In this document: one piece after another, positions 19,295-29,294 of the stretch
Numbering within the stretch: the stretch's first letter is position 1
How the letters are laid out: every line of letters starts with the position of its first letter
From: Candidatus Eiseniibacteriota bacterium
GTDB lineage: Bacteria; Eisenbacteria; RBG-16-71-46; CAZAMP01
NCBI GenBank assembly: GCA_965224245.1
Contig: OZ245046.1
Span: 4,032,001 to 4,096,000, forward strand
Length of the DNA stretch: 64,000 bases
Direction: 5' to 3'
The notes under the pieces: model-generated
Told to the model about the DNA's origin: nothing
The model's input: the letters and a program-made list of their open reading frames with translations, nothing else
Database searches by the model: none
Translations under genes and position numbers: made by a program

Positions 19295-20527
19295 GTGTCA
19301 TACCGCCTTCTCCACGTGCACGCGAGCTGCCGGAACGTCGGGGACCACGTCCTGGTCGGCATTCTCCGGCGGGCGCTCACCGACCGGCTGCCCGGTGCGA
19401 CGTTCGTCAGCGCCTCGCGACGCCCCGGGGATCGCCTGGGTGACGAGCCGTTCGTCGAGCGCGAGCGGCTCCGCCTGGGCCGTCCTCTCGACGAGGTGCG
19501 CGACGTGCTCGCGGGCGTGGACGCGGTCGTGGTCGGAGGTGGCGACCTCCTGACCGGCCGGCAGGCGTTCTCGCTCTACCGGTCGCTCATCACGTCCGGG
19601 CTGCCGATCGCGTTCGTGGGCGTGGGCGTGAACCTGTCGAACGTGCCGAAGCGGCTTCACCGGATCTCGCTCAAGGGTCTGTCCCGCGCCCGCATCGTCA
19701 CCCGAGACGCCGCCTCGGCCGCCGCGCTCCGCGAGGCCGGCCTGTCGCGCGTGGTCGAGGGTCCGGACCTGGCCATGCTGGAGTTCGTGCCCGAGCGCTT
19801 CGTTCCTCGTGCCCCCGCCGGCCCGGAGGACTCGACCGGCTTCGATCTCGCGGTGTCGGTCCGGTGGCCCGAGGCCAACACCGCGCGCTGGGGAGACGCG
19901 TTCTACGACGCGCTCGCGATCGCACTGGACCGGCTGATCATCCAGGATGGTGCGCGCGTCAGCTTCGTGTCGATGACCCGCCCCGTCACCGGCACCCCGG
20001 TCGACCAGGACGACGCCGCAATCGCCGAGCTCGTGCAGGATCGGATGACCCGCAGCGATCGCACGCGCGTCCTGACCCTGGCCGACGACCCCGGCTCGGC
20101 GCTCGACGTTCTCGGATCGTTCGACGTCATCGCGGGCCTTCGCCTCCACGCGCTGGCTCTGGCCACGCTCCGGGGCGTGGCGCCGGTTCCGTTCGACTAC
20201 TCGCCGAAGATCCGCGCCTGGTGGCGATCGCTTCAGAACGAGCGGGACGCGCTGGCGGCATCGGCGTGGACCGATCCCGATCGCCTCGTGGCCGCGATCC
20301 GCGCCGGCCGGCGCCGGACGCCGGCCGAGATCCAGGCCACGCGCGAGGCGCTGGTCGCGCAGCGAGCACGCCTGGGCGCGATTCTCGACGAGGTGGCCAC
20401 GAGCCTGACCCGGGAGATCGAGACGCCGGGGCGGCGCTTTCGCACGTGGCCCTACCGGGTGGCGACGCACGTTCGCGAGCCCGCGCGCGATCGATTGGAG
20501 AGAGCCGTGACGCGTCTCGGCCGGTGA
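19295..20527 (+). CDS. Polysaccharide pyruvyltransferase family (CsaB/WcaK-like)
   Basis: 'NVGDHVL', 'VVVGGGDL', 'GVGV', 'TRDAAS', 'PDLA', 'GLRLHAL', 'YSPKI'. Start GTG 19295 or TTG 19259. Confidence 0.88.
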   Translation: MSYRLLHVHASCRNVGDHVLVGILRRALTDRLPGATFVSASRRPGDRLGDEPFVERERLRLGRPLDEVRDVLAGVDAVVVGGGDLLTGRQAFSLYRSLITSGLPIAFVGVGVNLSNVPKRLHRISLKGLSRARIVTRDAASAAALREAGLSRVVEGPDLAMLEFVPERFVPRAPAGPEDSTGFDLAVSVRWPEANTARWGDAFYDALAIALDRLIIQDGARVSFVSMTRPVTGTPVDQDDAAIAELVQDRMTRSDRTRVLTLADDPGSALDVLGSFDVIAGLRLHALALATLRGVAPVPFDYSPKIRAWWRSLQNERDALAASAWTDPDRLVAAIRAGRRRTPAEIQATREALVAQRARLGAILDEVATSLTREIETPGRRFRTWPYRVATHVREPARDRLERAVTRLGR

Positions 20528-20543
20528 CGTCCGGAGACGAGCA

Positions 20544-21926
20544 CTACGCGGCGGAACGCCGGCCCGGCTGACGGCGCCCGGCACCCGCGTCCCCGTCGGT
20601 CCGGGACCGGAGCGCGCTCGCCGTCGTCGCGACCCCGTCGAAGACGTCGCGGGCGGTGACGCGTCGCGAGGCCGGCCTCGGGGCGGGCGAGGGCGACGCG
20701 ACGCGACGCCGCCACAGACGCTCTAGCCGGCGCCCGGCGTCCAGGATCATGCCGAACGGCGTCGTCTCCACGAGCTCGCGGACTGCCTGACGGCGCACGT
20801 TGCGGGCGTTGGCCCGCATCAAGCGGATCGACAGCGGCAGATCGGCGCCGGTCTCCAGCGCGACCTCCAGGATCTCCTCGGCCCACGAGCGCTCGAGGTC
20901 GGTGGCCGTGGGCAGGATCCGCCGCTCCACGTTCCTCGGAAGCGGCACGTCGAAGGCCGGTGTCCGATCCAGCACGCCGGCGACGTGGAACGACAGCATC
21001 GTTCGCAGACACTTCACGCACTGCCCGCAGTTGCCGAGTCCGCCGCCGTTGTGCAGGCACACGCGTACCGTCCGCCGAGCCAGCGCGTCGCGAGCCAGGA
21101 GTCGCACCACCTTCTGGGCGCGGCTGGCCTCGCAGCCGTCGTGCACGATCTCCAGACGCTCGGTGGACCAGAGCGCGTCCAGGAGCGGATGCGTCCCCCA
21201 CGGGATCAGCCCCGAGTAGGGCTTGTTCCCGGGGATCAGCACGTGGCCGAGTCCCTCGCCGAGCATCGAGGCCGTCGCGGCCAGCGCGCTCCCGTGGTAC
21301 GTCCTCCAGGTGACCGGAAACAGCGTGCGCAGGTTCGTGCGGGCGATGATCGGCGCGACGCCAGCCTCCCGGGCGATCAGCTGCACGCGGGCCGCATTGG
21401 CCCGCGCGTCCACCTCGGCGGTGTCGTCGAGCCGGGACTCGAGACCCACGACGTGAATCAGATGGGTCAGCTTCGGGGTCGGCCGCTGCCAGTCGTGAAC
21501 GCTCTTGAGCAGCGTGTAGAACGAATCGACACCGCCGGAGAAGAACGTGGCCGCCCCCCGCACGCGGCGAGCGAGACGCCGGCCCCGGGCCTCGGCGTCC
21601 GGGTCGGGAACCGTTCGCACGTCGATCCTCGGGTAGCTCGGGTACCACCGTCCGAGGGTGTCCTGGATCCGGTGGAGGTTCCGGTGAAGCCGGGGTGAGA
21701 TCGGATCGGGAATCTCGAGCGGCTCGTCGGCGGCCATCGCGGGCAAGAGGAGCGCCGGCACGAACGCGTCCGGCGTGGCACACACCAGCGACGCGACCTG
21801 CGCCGGGTAGTCGAACGCGAGCTCTCGAGGCGCGTCCCAGGCGGCGGTGGACACGAGACCCGAGACGCGCACGCGGCCGTCCTCGACTCGATGGCGGATC
21901 TCGACCAGCTTCACGGTGCGTCCCAT
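20544..21926 (-). CDS. Uncharacterised PP-loop (adenine nucleotide alpha-hydrolase) protein with QueC-like Cys cluster
   Basis: 'FFSGGVDSFYTL', 'WGTHPLLD', 'RVC...NCGQCVKCLRT'. Confidence 0.75.
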   Translation of the reverse strand: MGRTVKLVEIRHRVEDGRVRVSGLVSTAAWDAPRELAFDYPAQVASLVCATPDAFVPALLLPAMAADEPLEIPDPISPRLHRNLHRIQDTLGRWYPSYPRIDVRTVPDPDAEARGRRLARRVRGAATFFSGGVDSFYTLLKSVHDWQRPTPKLTHLIHVVGLESRLDDTAEVDARANAARVQLIAREAGVAPIIARTNLRTLFPVTWRTYHGSALAATASMLGEGLGHVLIPGNKPYSGLIPWGTHPLLDALWSTERLEIVHDGCEASRAQKVVRLLARDALARRTVRVCLHNGGGLGNCGQCVKCLRTMLSFHVAGVLDRTPAFDVPLPRNVERRILPTATDLERSWAEEILEVALETGADLPLSIRLMRANARNVRRQAVRELVETTPFGMILDAGRRLERLWRRRVASPSPAPRPASRRVTARDVFDGVATTASALRSRTDGDAGAGRRQPGRRSAA

Positions 21927-22103
21927 TCCCGGGAGCCTCCCGGTCCCCGGGCGACCTCGTCGGGTGACGATCGTCCCGGGCGGCGGGGCACTCCCGCCGC
22001 ATCGAGATCACTCATCGGCCGCGGGGCGCCTTCGCACCACACCCGGCGCGGGAGGGGACGCGACCGCTTGCGGAATCGGTGGCTGGCCGCCAAGATGCGC
22101 CGC

Positions 22104-22808
22104 ATGGTCACTCACGAACTCCGTCCCCGGCGCCTCGTGATCGTCGCCGCCGCGGTGCTCGCGCCGCTCGTCGTGGTGCTCGTCTTTCACGCACCGCTCC
22201 TGGCGCGCTTCGGCCACTGGCTCGTGGAGACCGACGAGCCGGCGCCCGCCGACGTGATCATCGTGCTCGGCGGCCAGTCGGGTCATCGCATCGTGAAGGG
22301 TCGCGAGCTCTACGCCGCCGGATTGGCCGAGCGGATCGCGATCACCGGACCGAATGCCGAGTACCCCGAGTTCGAGGAGCCCACGTACGTCAGGTGGCTC
22401 CACCTCCTCGATCGCGTGGGGATGCCGGAGGACCGCATCGATCTCCTGAGCCCGTCCAACAGCACGTTCGACGACGCCGTGCTCGTGCGCGACTACCTGC
22501 ATCGCACGGGCCATCGCTCGGCGCTCGTGGTGACCGATCCGTATCACACGAAGCGTGCGGGGTGGGTCATCCGGCGCATGCTCGCCGGCACGTCGTCCGG
22601 CGACGAGAGTGCCGCGGACGACCTGGAGATCCGGGTCGTCGCCTGCGATCAGCCGTGGTTCGCGCCCGATCGATGGTGGAAGGACGAGAAGCAGCTCCTG
22701 TTCGTCGTTCTCGAGTACGTGAAGTTCGGGTACTACGTCGCGAGCTACGGGCGATCGGGTCCGCTCCAGGGAACGCCGACCGAGCTCCACCGCGCGTCGC
22801 CGCCCTGA
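22104..22808 (+). CDS. YdcF/DUF218 family envelope protein
   Basis: N-terminal TM helix, 'ADVIIVLGG', 'NSTFDDA', 'VVTDPYHTKRA', 'EYVK'. Confidence 0.88.
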   Translation: MVTHELRPRRLVIVAAAVLAPLVVVLVFHAPLLARFGHWLVETDEPAPADVIIVLGGQSGHRIVKGRELYAAGLAERIAITGPNAEYPEFEEPTYVRWLHLLDRVGMPEDRIDLLSPSNSTFDDAVLVRDYLHRTGHRSALVVTDPYHTKRAGWVIRRMLAGTSSGDESAADDLEIRVVACDQPWFAPDRWWKDEKQLLFVVLEYVKFGYYVASYGRSGPLQGTPTELHRASPP

Positions 22809-22815
22809 TGCTCCG

Positions 22816-23976
22816 CTAGACGAGCCGGGCTCGCCGGAGCAATCGAAGCCCCGACCACACCGGGCGAAAGACGGGATCCCCGAGCTCTGATCGCACCCGC
22901 GCGCGGAACGCGAACGCGTCCGCCGCGTCGGATCGCCAGCGCCTGAGGATCGACGTCGTGGGCACGCGATAGAAGCGATCGAGGTTTCCTCCGGGCCGGT
23001 TGAGCCCACGCTCGAACCACGCCGGCACCGACACCCCGTGATAGCCGACCGACTTCGCCAGCGCGAGCACCTCGTCGCTGAGCGAGCCGCCCGGGCAGCA
23101 CAGGTACCGGACGTCACGCCCGAGCCCCTCGGTCAGGATGCGGCGGCTGTCCGCGAGCTCGGACGTGAGCCTGGCGTCGCGCTCGGCATCGGTCTCCACG
23201 CGACCGCGCCCTCCATCGCCGGACGACGCGATCGCGTCGGCCACGAGCTCCTGATACTCCGCCCGCCACGCGTCGCGCTCGAAGAACGCGGCGCCCCCGC
23301 GCTCGGCCACGCCGGTCACGACGCGCGTCTCGACCGCCGGATCGGGCAGGTAGCGCCGCGCCAGGAGCGCCTTCTCGTGCCGGTACACCGGTGTGCCGTA
23401 CGGTACGTCCTCACGGCGACCCTCGCGATACCAGAACGGCTTTCGCTCGGGGAATCGGTTCCACCAGAGATGGCGATACGTGGACCACGGCAGATCGGGT
23501 CGGTGCGCGTCGATCACGTCGTCGCCGGTCGGGTACCACGTGTGAGTGACGGCATGGCTCTCGACCGTGACCAGTCCCGACGCCTCCATCTCGCGCATCT
23601 CGGCCCAGGACAGGAACCCGTACGGGACGTCCGTGCCGAGGCGACGCGGCTCGGTCGACGGGTCGATGAAGTCGGTGGTGACGAAGACGGTGGCCTTCGT
23701 CTCGTACTCGAGGAGCAGTGGATACACGTACAGCCAGAAGTCGAGGTAGCCGTCGTCGAACGTCAGCACGACCGCGCGCGGGCCGATCGATCGCCGGCCC
23801 TCACGGAACTCGCGCAGCTCGCCGAGAGAGAGTGACTCGATCCGGTCCCGCCGGAGCGCGGCCAGGTAGTGCTCGAACACGCGCGGCTCCAGCCAGTGAT
23901 CCATCTGCGGCGGACGCGACGGGTCGTCCGGCGCGACGCCGTGGAACATCAGCACCGGAACGCTGCGGATCGACAT
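22816..23976 (-). CDS. Polysaccharide deacetylase (CE4/IcaB-like)
   Basis: 'PVLMFHGV', 'LTFDDGY', 'ESHAVTH', 'LCCPGG'. Confidence 0.9.
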   Translation of the reverse strand: MSIRSVPVLMFHGVAPDDPSRPPQMDHWLEPRVFEHYLAALRRDRIESLSLGELREFREGRRSIGPRAVVLTFDDGYLDFWLYVYPLLLEYETKATVFVTTDFIDPSTEPRRLGTDVPYGFLSWAEMREMEASGLVTVESHAVTHTWYPTGDDVIDAHRPDLPWSTYRHLWWNRFPERKPFWYREGRREDVPYGTPVYRHEKALLARRYLPDPAVETRVVTGVAERGGAAFFERDAWRAEYQELVADAIASSGDGGRGRVETDAERDARLTSELADSRRILTEGLGRDVRYLCCPGGSLSDEVLALAKSVGYHGVSVPAWFERGLNRPGGNLDRFYRVPTTSILRRWRSDAADAFAFRARVRSELGDPVFRPVWSGLRLLRRARLV

Positions 23977-26004
23977 TCAGCGATCCTCCGCATCGGTGAC
24001 CGGAGGGGATGCAGCCGGCATCGGATCCCAGCGAAGCCGGATGCCGCGCGACGCGAGCTCCTCGACGTAGAGCGCGATCACCAGCAGCCTGAACGCGTAC
24101 CCGAAGCCGCGACGCGGATTGCGTGGCGGCATCAGTCGCCGGCGCAGCAGCTCGGGTGTGTGCGGCGCATACGCGAGGTGCTTCCCGCGCTCGACGAGCC
24201 AGTCGCGAAGCCTGCCGCGGCTCTCGCGGCGGCCGCCGCGCGTGACGTCGACCGGCGCCGCCGGGGGCCGGAGCCATTCGTCGAGCTGCGTCTCGAGACC
24301 TCGGCGATCGAACCACCCGAGAAGATCGGGCGATGCCCCGAGGATGCAGTCCCGGAAGAACGCCGACAGCTCGGGCGTGCCAGCCACCACGCGCGGCCAC
24401 GGCACGAGACTCGTGCGCGACGCGAAGGGGACGTCCACCGGCGCCAGCCGCTCGCACACGGCCGTCTTGAACAGCGTCTTGGAGCGCCGTCGTGCGCGGG
24501 GCAGCGCCGTCACGACCTCGAGCACGCGCCGGTCCAGGAGGGGGTTGCGCATCGGGATCGCGCGCATCTTGAACTGATTCAGCGGATTCAGATACTGGCC
24601 GAACCGGACGGCGAAGTAGTACTCGTCCTTTCGGTCCACCGGGTGCGCGCCGGATGGAATCGCGTCCAGCGTGTCGTACGAGGCGCGGCCCGCGCGCTCC
24701 AGCTCGGCGTACGCCTCGGGTGTGAAGAGCCGATCGAAGACCGAGTGCCACGCGAACGGATACACCCCGATGCACGCCTTGGCCACGTGCTCGTTCGGAA
24801 TGCCGAACGGCCACTTCATGCCGAAGCACTCGTCGCCGCGTACGAGCACGTCGAAGTCGGCGGCCAGGCGGCGGAACACGCCGTCGCCCTCGGGGTAGTT
24901 CGCCAGCGCATCCACCGCCGCGTCCATCATGTACACCCATCGGGACGCGTTCTCGCGAAGCGGTGCGGCCTCGAGCGGCACGAAGCGATGTGGCACGCCG
25001 AACGCGACGGCCAGCTCGCGCGCGACCGCCGCGTCGCTGCCGGCGAGCTCGGCGTCGAACCCCCAGGTGACGGTACCCACGCGGGCGCCCGCCTCCACGC
25101 TGGCGCCGAGCAGACCGCGTGAGTCGTAGCCGCCGCTCAGGAGCACCCCGACGCGCTCGTTCGCGCCCAGCTGCGAGGCCACGACCTCGCGAACGAGATC
25201 GGCCATCTCGCCGGCGCCGATGCGATCGCCGCCGGGCGCGTAGCGGAGCTGCCAGTAGCGTCGCGCCTCGAGCTCGCGCGAATCGGCCCGACGCCCCGAA
25301 CGCGCACTCTGCCCGGTGAGGAGCGTGGCCCCGGGAACGGGCGCGATGCCCTCGACGTGACTTCGGCCCGGTGGCACGTACCCCGTCGCGAGGAAGAACG
25401 CGAGCGACGCGACGTCGCCGCGCACCGACGACGGGTCCAGGGCCACGAGCGCCTTTGCCTCGGGCGCGAACGCCAGATGGCGACCGACGCGGCGGGTGAA
25501 GAGCGGCAGCGCGGCCATCACGTCGGTGAAGAGCGCGAACTCGCCGCTCCTGGGATCGACCTCGAGCCCCACGAACATGCCCGACTGGCGGGCGAGCGCG
25601 CCCGCGAGCCCCGCGACGTCGCCGGGGGACGGCCAGGGATCGGCCGTGAACTCGCGCGAGGCCGCGCCCTCTCGAGCGGCCCGGCCGTCGTAGATCTCGC
25701 CGTACCAGAACGAGAGGATCTCCGAGGGGCCGGCGGGCGTCTCGCGGCTCGCGCCAACGGGCGCCGGCTCGGCAACCGGGACCCCCCGCATCATCGGCAT
25801 GTGGCAATACGAGCTAACCCCAACCGCGGCAACACACACCGATCCCACACGGGTCTCCGCGAGCACGCGGTACCGGGGCTCTCCGGAGGATCGATTGGCC
25901 TCGGTGAGCACGGTCGTCATCCGCTCGAGAAGCGTCGACGCCTCGGCCTCCGGCCCGCTCCGACCCTCGGACCACAGCTCGACCACGCCGCAGATGCCGG
26001 GCAT
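23977..26004 (-). CDS. Asparagine-synthetase-like amidoligase lacking the N-terminal catalytic Cys
   Basis: AGGAGG RBS then 'MPGICGVV'. 'YGEIYD', 'FAPEAKAL', 'LLSGGYDSR', 'RNPLLD'. Confidence 0.85.
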   Translation of the reverse strand: MPGICGVVELWSEGRSGPEAEASTLLERMTTVLTEANRSSGEPRYRVLAETRVGSVCVAAVGVSSYCHMPMMRGVPVAEPAPVGASRETPAGPSEILSFWYGEIYDGRAAREGAASREFTADPWPSPGDVAGLAGALARQSGMFVGLEVDPRSGEFALFTDVMAALPLFTRRVGRHLAFAPEAKALVALDPSSVRGDVASLAFFLATGYVPPGRSHVEGIAPVPGATLLTGQSARSGRRADSRELEARRYWQLRYAPGGDRIGAGEMADLVREVVASQLGANERVGVLLSGGYDSRGLLGASVEAGARVGTVTWGFDAELAGSDAAVARELAVAFGVPHRFVPLEAAPLRENASRWVYMMDAAVDALANYPEGDGVFRRLAADFDVLVRGDECFGMKWPFGIPNEHVAKACIGVYPFAWHSVFDRLFTPEAYAELERAGRASYDTLDAIPSGAHPVDRKDEYYFAVRFGQYLNPLNQFKMRAIPMRNPLLDRRVLEVVTALPRARRRSKTLFKTAVCERLAPVDVPFASRTSLVPWPRVVAGTPELSAFFRDCILGASPDLLGWFDRRGLETQLDEWLRPPAAPVDVTRGGRRESRGRLRDWLVERGKHLAYAPHTPELLRRRLMPPRNPRRGFGYAFRLLVIALYVEELASRGIRLRWDPMPAASPPVTDAEDR

Positions 26005-26229
26005 GCACGATCCTCCTGGTGTCGTACACCATCGACCGATCGGGCCGCCGACTCGCGCGGCGTCAAGGGTCCTCGCGAGATCGACCGAACAAAAGATACG
26101 GAAGAGGGGTCGACCCGTCATCCTACCGGGAGTCATACTTGCTGCCGAGGCCTCAATGCTGCGCACGAGATTGCCCGGTCCTCGCCGACGCACCCCCGAG
26201 GATCCGGCGACCCCACCCATGAGGTTTGG

Positions 26230-27552
26230 ATGACGCCCGCCAACGTCCTATATGTCGACGTCAGCCCCGACTCGACCTACGGCGGGTCCAAGCGAGTGCT
26301 CACGAACATCCTCGGCGCGCTCGATCGAGATCGCTTCACGCCGCACGCGCTGTTCGCACGCGACGGGGCGTACGTCCAGGACGCGATCGATCTCGGCGTG
26401 TGGACGGCGGTCGAGGAGTCGATCGCGACCCAGCCCGTGTTCGCGTCGTACATGTTCCACCCCCACGCACTTCGAGCGTTGCGACCGGGCGATCCTCGCC
26501 CCGAGAGCCGACCGCTGATGCGCCGCGCGGCCCGTGACGTGCGATCGCTGGCACGGCTCTGGTGGATCGATCGGCGCCGAGCCCGGGCGCTGTCGGCCTT
26601 CCTGCCCCCGAACGTCGATCTGATTCACGTGAACGGCCATCTGTGGCACGACTACCGATGGCTTCACGTGGCCGAGTCGCTGGGAGTTCCGCTCGTCACG
26701 CATCAACACGGGATCTGGCGCCGCCCCCCGCTCGCGTTCCGGCGGGCCGCCAGCCGCATCGATCGGATCGTGTGTCTGACCGAGGAGCGCGCTCGGCTTC
26801 TGACCGAGGCGTGCGGCCCGAACACGCGGACCGTGACCATCCCCAACGGGCTCGACCTCGACGCGCTCCGGATCACCGCCTCACGCGCCGACGTCCGTCA
26901 CGCGCTCGGCCTCGCAGACGACGAGCGGCTCATCACGACCGTCGGACACCTGAAGCCGTGGAAGGGCCAGCATCTGGCCGTCGGAGCGGCCGCACGGCTT
27001 GCCGCGCGGGGTGTCCGTTTCCGATGGCTCCTCGTGGGCGCGGTGGCCGACGACGCCTACGGCGAGTTCATCCGGAGCGAGATCTCACGCGAAGGTCTCG
27101 CCGGCCACGTGGAGCTCGCCGGCGCTCGATCCGACGCGATGACGATCGTGTCCGCGGCCGACCTGGCCGTGCACACGTCCATCGAGCCCGAGCCGTTCGG
27201 CATGGTCGTCATCGAGGCGATGGCGGTGGGGACGCCCGTCATCGGACCCGACGGTGGCGCGATCCCATCGCTCGTCCGCGATGGCGTCGACGGGCGGCTC
27301 TATCCGCCGGGTGACGCGGCGGCGCTGGCGTCCATGATCGGCGACATGCTCGGGGATCCCGAGTGTCGGGACCGGTTCGCCGAGGCGGCCCGCGGTCGCG
27401 TCGAGACCAGCTTCACGCTCGCGCAGCAGGTCGCGCATCTCCAGCGGACCTACGAGGAGCTCCTGGTCGGACGCCGCGCCGGTCACGACTCGTCGGGCAC
27501 GACCGACGAGCCGGTCGAAAGAGATGGCGCGACGATCCGAGCATCGGGGTAG
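26230..27552 (+). CDS. Glycosyltransferase family 4
   Basis: 'IPNGLD', 'GHLKPWKGQH', 'EPFGMVVIEAMAVG'. Start ATG 26230 after GAGG. Confidence 0.92.
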   Translation: MTPANVLYVDVSPDSTYGGSKRVLTNILGALDRDRFTPHALFARDGAYVQDAIDLGVWTAVEESIATQPVFASYMFHPHALRALRPGDPRPESRPLMRRAARDVRSLARLWWIDRRRARALSAFLPPNVDLIHVNGHLWHDYRWLHVAESLGVPLVTHQHGIWRRPPLAFRRAASRIDRIVCLTEERARLLTEACGPNTRTVTIPNGLDLDALRITASRADVRHALGLADDERLITTVGHLKPWKGQHLAVGAAARLAARGVRFRWLLVGAVADDAYGEFIRSEISREGLAGHVELAGARSDAMTIVSAADLAVHTSIEPEPFGMVVIEAMAVGTPVIGPDGGAIPSLVRDGVDGRLYPPGDAAALASMIGDMLGDPECRDRFAEAARGRVETSFTLAQQVAHLQRTYEELLVGRRAGHDSSGTTDEPVERDGATIRASG

Positions 27553-27666
27553 GATCCCGCCGAGCACCGGCAAGCGCGATCGTGCTCCGCGAGATCACGA
27601 ACGATCTCCGATCCGCCGATCAGTTCGTGAGCACCCGCGTCCTCACCCACACCCCTCGGAGTCGCC

Positions 27667-29133
27667 GTGAGCGTCGCCCGAAATGCGTCCTGGCTGGCAC
27701 TCGGTCAGTTCACGATGGCGTCGGCGGCCATCTTCCTGCCGCTGATCCTGGCCCGCCGCCTCTCGATCGAGGACTACGGTGTCTACAAGCAAATCGACCT
27801 CGTGGCCGGACTCATCGCGCCGTTCCTGATCCTGGGCTTCGACAAGAGCATCACGTACTACGCCCCGCGCAAGGAGACCCGCAACGTCGAGGAGATCACG
27901 GCTCCGTTCGTGACGATCATCTCGGCGGCGGTGATCGGCGTCGTGTTCGCACTCGTGAAGCCGGCCACGATGGCGCGGCTGTTCGGGTGCGATCCACTGC
28001 CGCTCCTGGTCGCGACCGCGGCGCTGTACGCGGTGGCGAGCGCGCTCTCGCTGGTCGGCGCGCGCACGCTGATCTCCGTGGATCGGGCAAAGTCCGCGGC
28101 GCTCATCCCGGCCGTCATCGGAATCCCCCGCACGATCGTCCTGCTGTCACTGGCCGTGGCGATCCCCCGCCTGGACGTGATCCTGAAGGCGATCCTCGCG
28201 TTCGCCGTGGTGCACATCGTCACCTGGCTGGGCGTGCTCGTACAGGGACGGCACTTCCGGATCGGCGACTTCCACCCGGCGGTGCTCTCGCGGCACGTGC
28301 GGTACGGGGGCATCCTGGCCCTCGCGGCGCTTTTCCAGACGTGGGCGGCGAAGATCGACGCCTACCTCGTGTCGAGCACGCTGCCCGCAGCCACGTTCGC
28401 GATCTTCGCGGTGGGCAAGACCCGTGTGCCGTTCCTGCCGATCCTGGCCCGGGCGCTCGGTGACGCGGTGGCGCCGCGCTACTCGAAGCTCGAGTCCGAG
28501 GGCAAGTACGTCGAGATGGCGGCGCTGTGGCGACAGAGCGTCGAGGCGCTGTTCCCGTTCGGGCTCCTGACGTCCCTCTTCCTCGCGTTCACGGCCAAGT
28601 GGTCGATCCCGCTGGTCTTCGGGGACAAATTCACCGCCTCGGTCCCGATCTTCGAGGTCTTCGCATTCAGCCTCCTGATCCAGTCGCTCGTGTCGATGGA
28701 GCAGATGCTGCGGGCGCTCTCGGCGCTCCGGTTTCTGTTGACCACGATCGTCGTGTCGCTGGTGCTGCGCACGATCGTCGGGATCTCGGTCCTGCGGGCC
28801 GGGGGTGACGACCTCCTGCCGCTGATGGTGCTCGCGCAGCTCCTGGTGGGGCTGATGACGTTCCTCGTCAGGCTCGTGTACGTGCGGCGGCGCCTCGGCG
28901 TACCCTGGTCGACGATGTCCCCGGCGGCTGCGTTCCGGGTCGCCGTGCCGACCGCGATCATCGGGAGCGCCGGGTCGTTTCTGCTCCAGAGAATGCTGTC
29001 GCTTCACGACATCCTGATGCTCGGCATCTCGTGCGTCTGGTGGGGCGGTCTGATCGCGTTCGCGCTCTGGCGCCAGGGCCTCTGGGCCCGGGTGCTCCCC
29101 GCGTCGATCGCGCGGAGACTCTCGCGCTCCTGA
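27667..29133 (+). CDS. wzx: Wzx/MOP-family oligosaccharide flippase
   Basis: 'ILARRLSIEDYGVY', about 12-14 TM helices, 'LVFGDKFTASVPIF'. Confidence 0.85.
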   Translation: MSVARNASWLALGQFTMASAAIFLPLILARRLSIEDYGVYKQIDLVAGLIAPFLILGFDKSITYYAPRKETRNVEEITAPFVTIISAAVIGVVFALVKPATMARLFGCDPLPLLVATAALYAVASALSLVGARTLISVDRAKSAALIPAVIGIPRTIVLLSLAVAIPRLDVILKAILAFAVVHIVTWLGVLVQGRHFRIGDFHPAVLSRHVRYGGILALAALFQTWAAKIDAYLVSSTLPAATFAIFAVGKTRVPFLPILARALGDAVAPRYSKLESEGKYVEMAALWRQSVEALFPFGLLTSLFLAFTAKWSIPLVFGDKFTASVPIFEVFAFSLLIQSLVSMEQMLRALSALRFLLTTIVVSLVLRTIVGISVLRAGGDDLLPLMVLAQLLVGLMTFLVRLVYVRRRLGVPWSTMSPAAAFRVAVPTAIIGSAGSFLLQRMLSLHDILMLGISCVWWGGLIAFALWRQGLWARVLPASIARRLSRS

Positions 29134-29172
29134 CCCCGCCCCGATCCGGTGCTCCGACCGGGGATCGGACCC

Positions 29173-29201
29173 TTGCGCTCGATTTTAGGCGAACCTAAAC
29201 T
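29173..29201 (+). promoter_or_regulatory. Sigma70 promoter overlapped by a DtxR/MntR-family operator
   Basis: TTGCGC-N17-TAAACT. Palindrome TTTAGG-CGAA-CCTAAA at 29184-29199. Extra half-sites TTAGG (about 29208) and CCTAA (about 29240). Confidence 0.85.
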
Positions 29202-29294
29202 CATGCCTTAGGTATCACGACAGACGGACCGATGGAACACCTAACAATCCGTGTCCCCGACCGGCGGGACACGGGAGCCCCGGAGCTTCAAAAC

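Noticed and set aside
20544-21926. Calling the PP-loop protein queC
   Set aside because: It is about twice the size of QueC, lacks other QueC motifs and has no que genes nearby.
23977-26004. Lasso-peptide cyclase interpretation of the AsnB-like gene
   Set aside because: No B1/B2 proteins or precursor peptide nearby; the context is polysaccharide synthesis.
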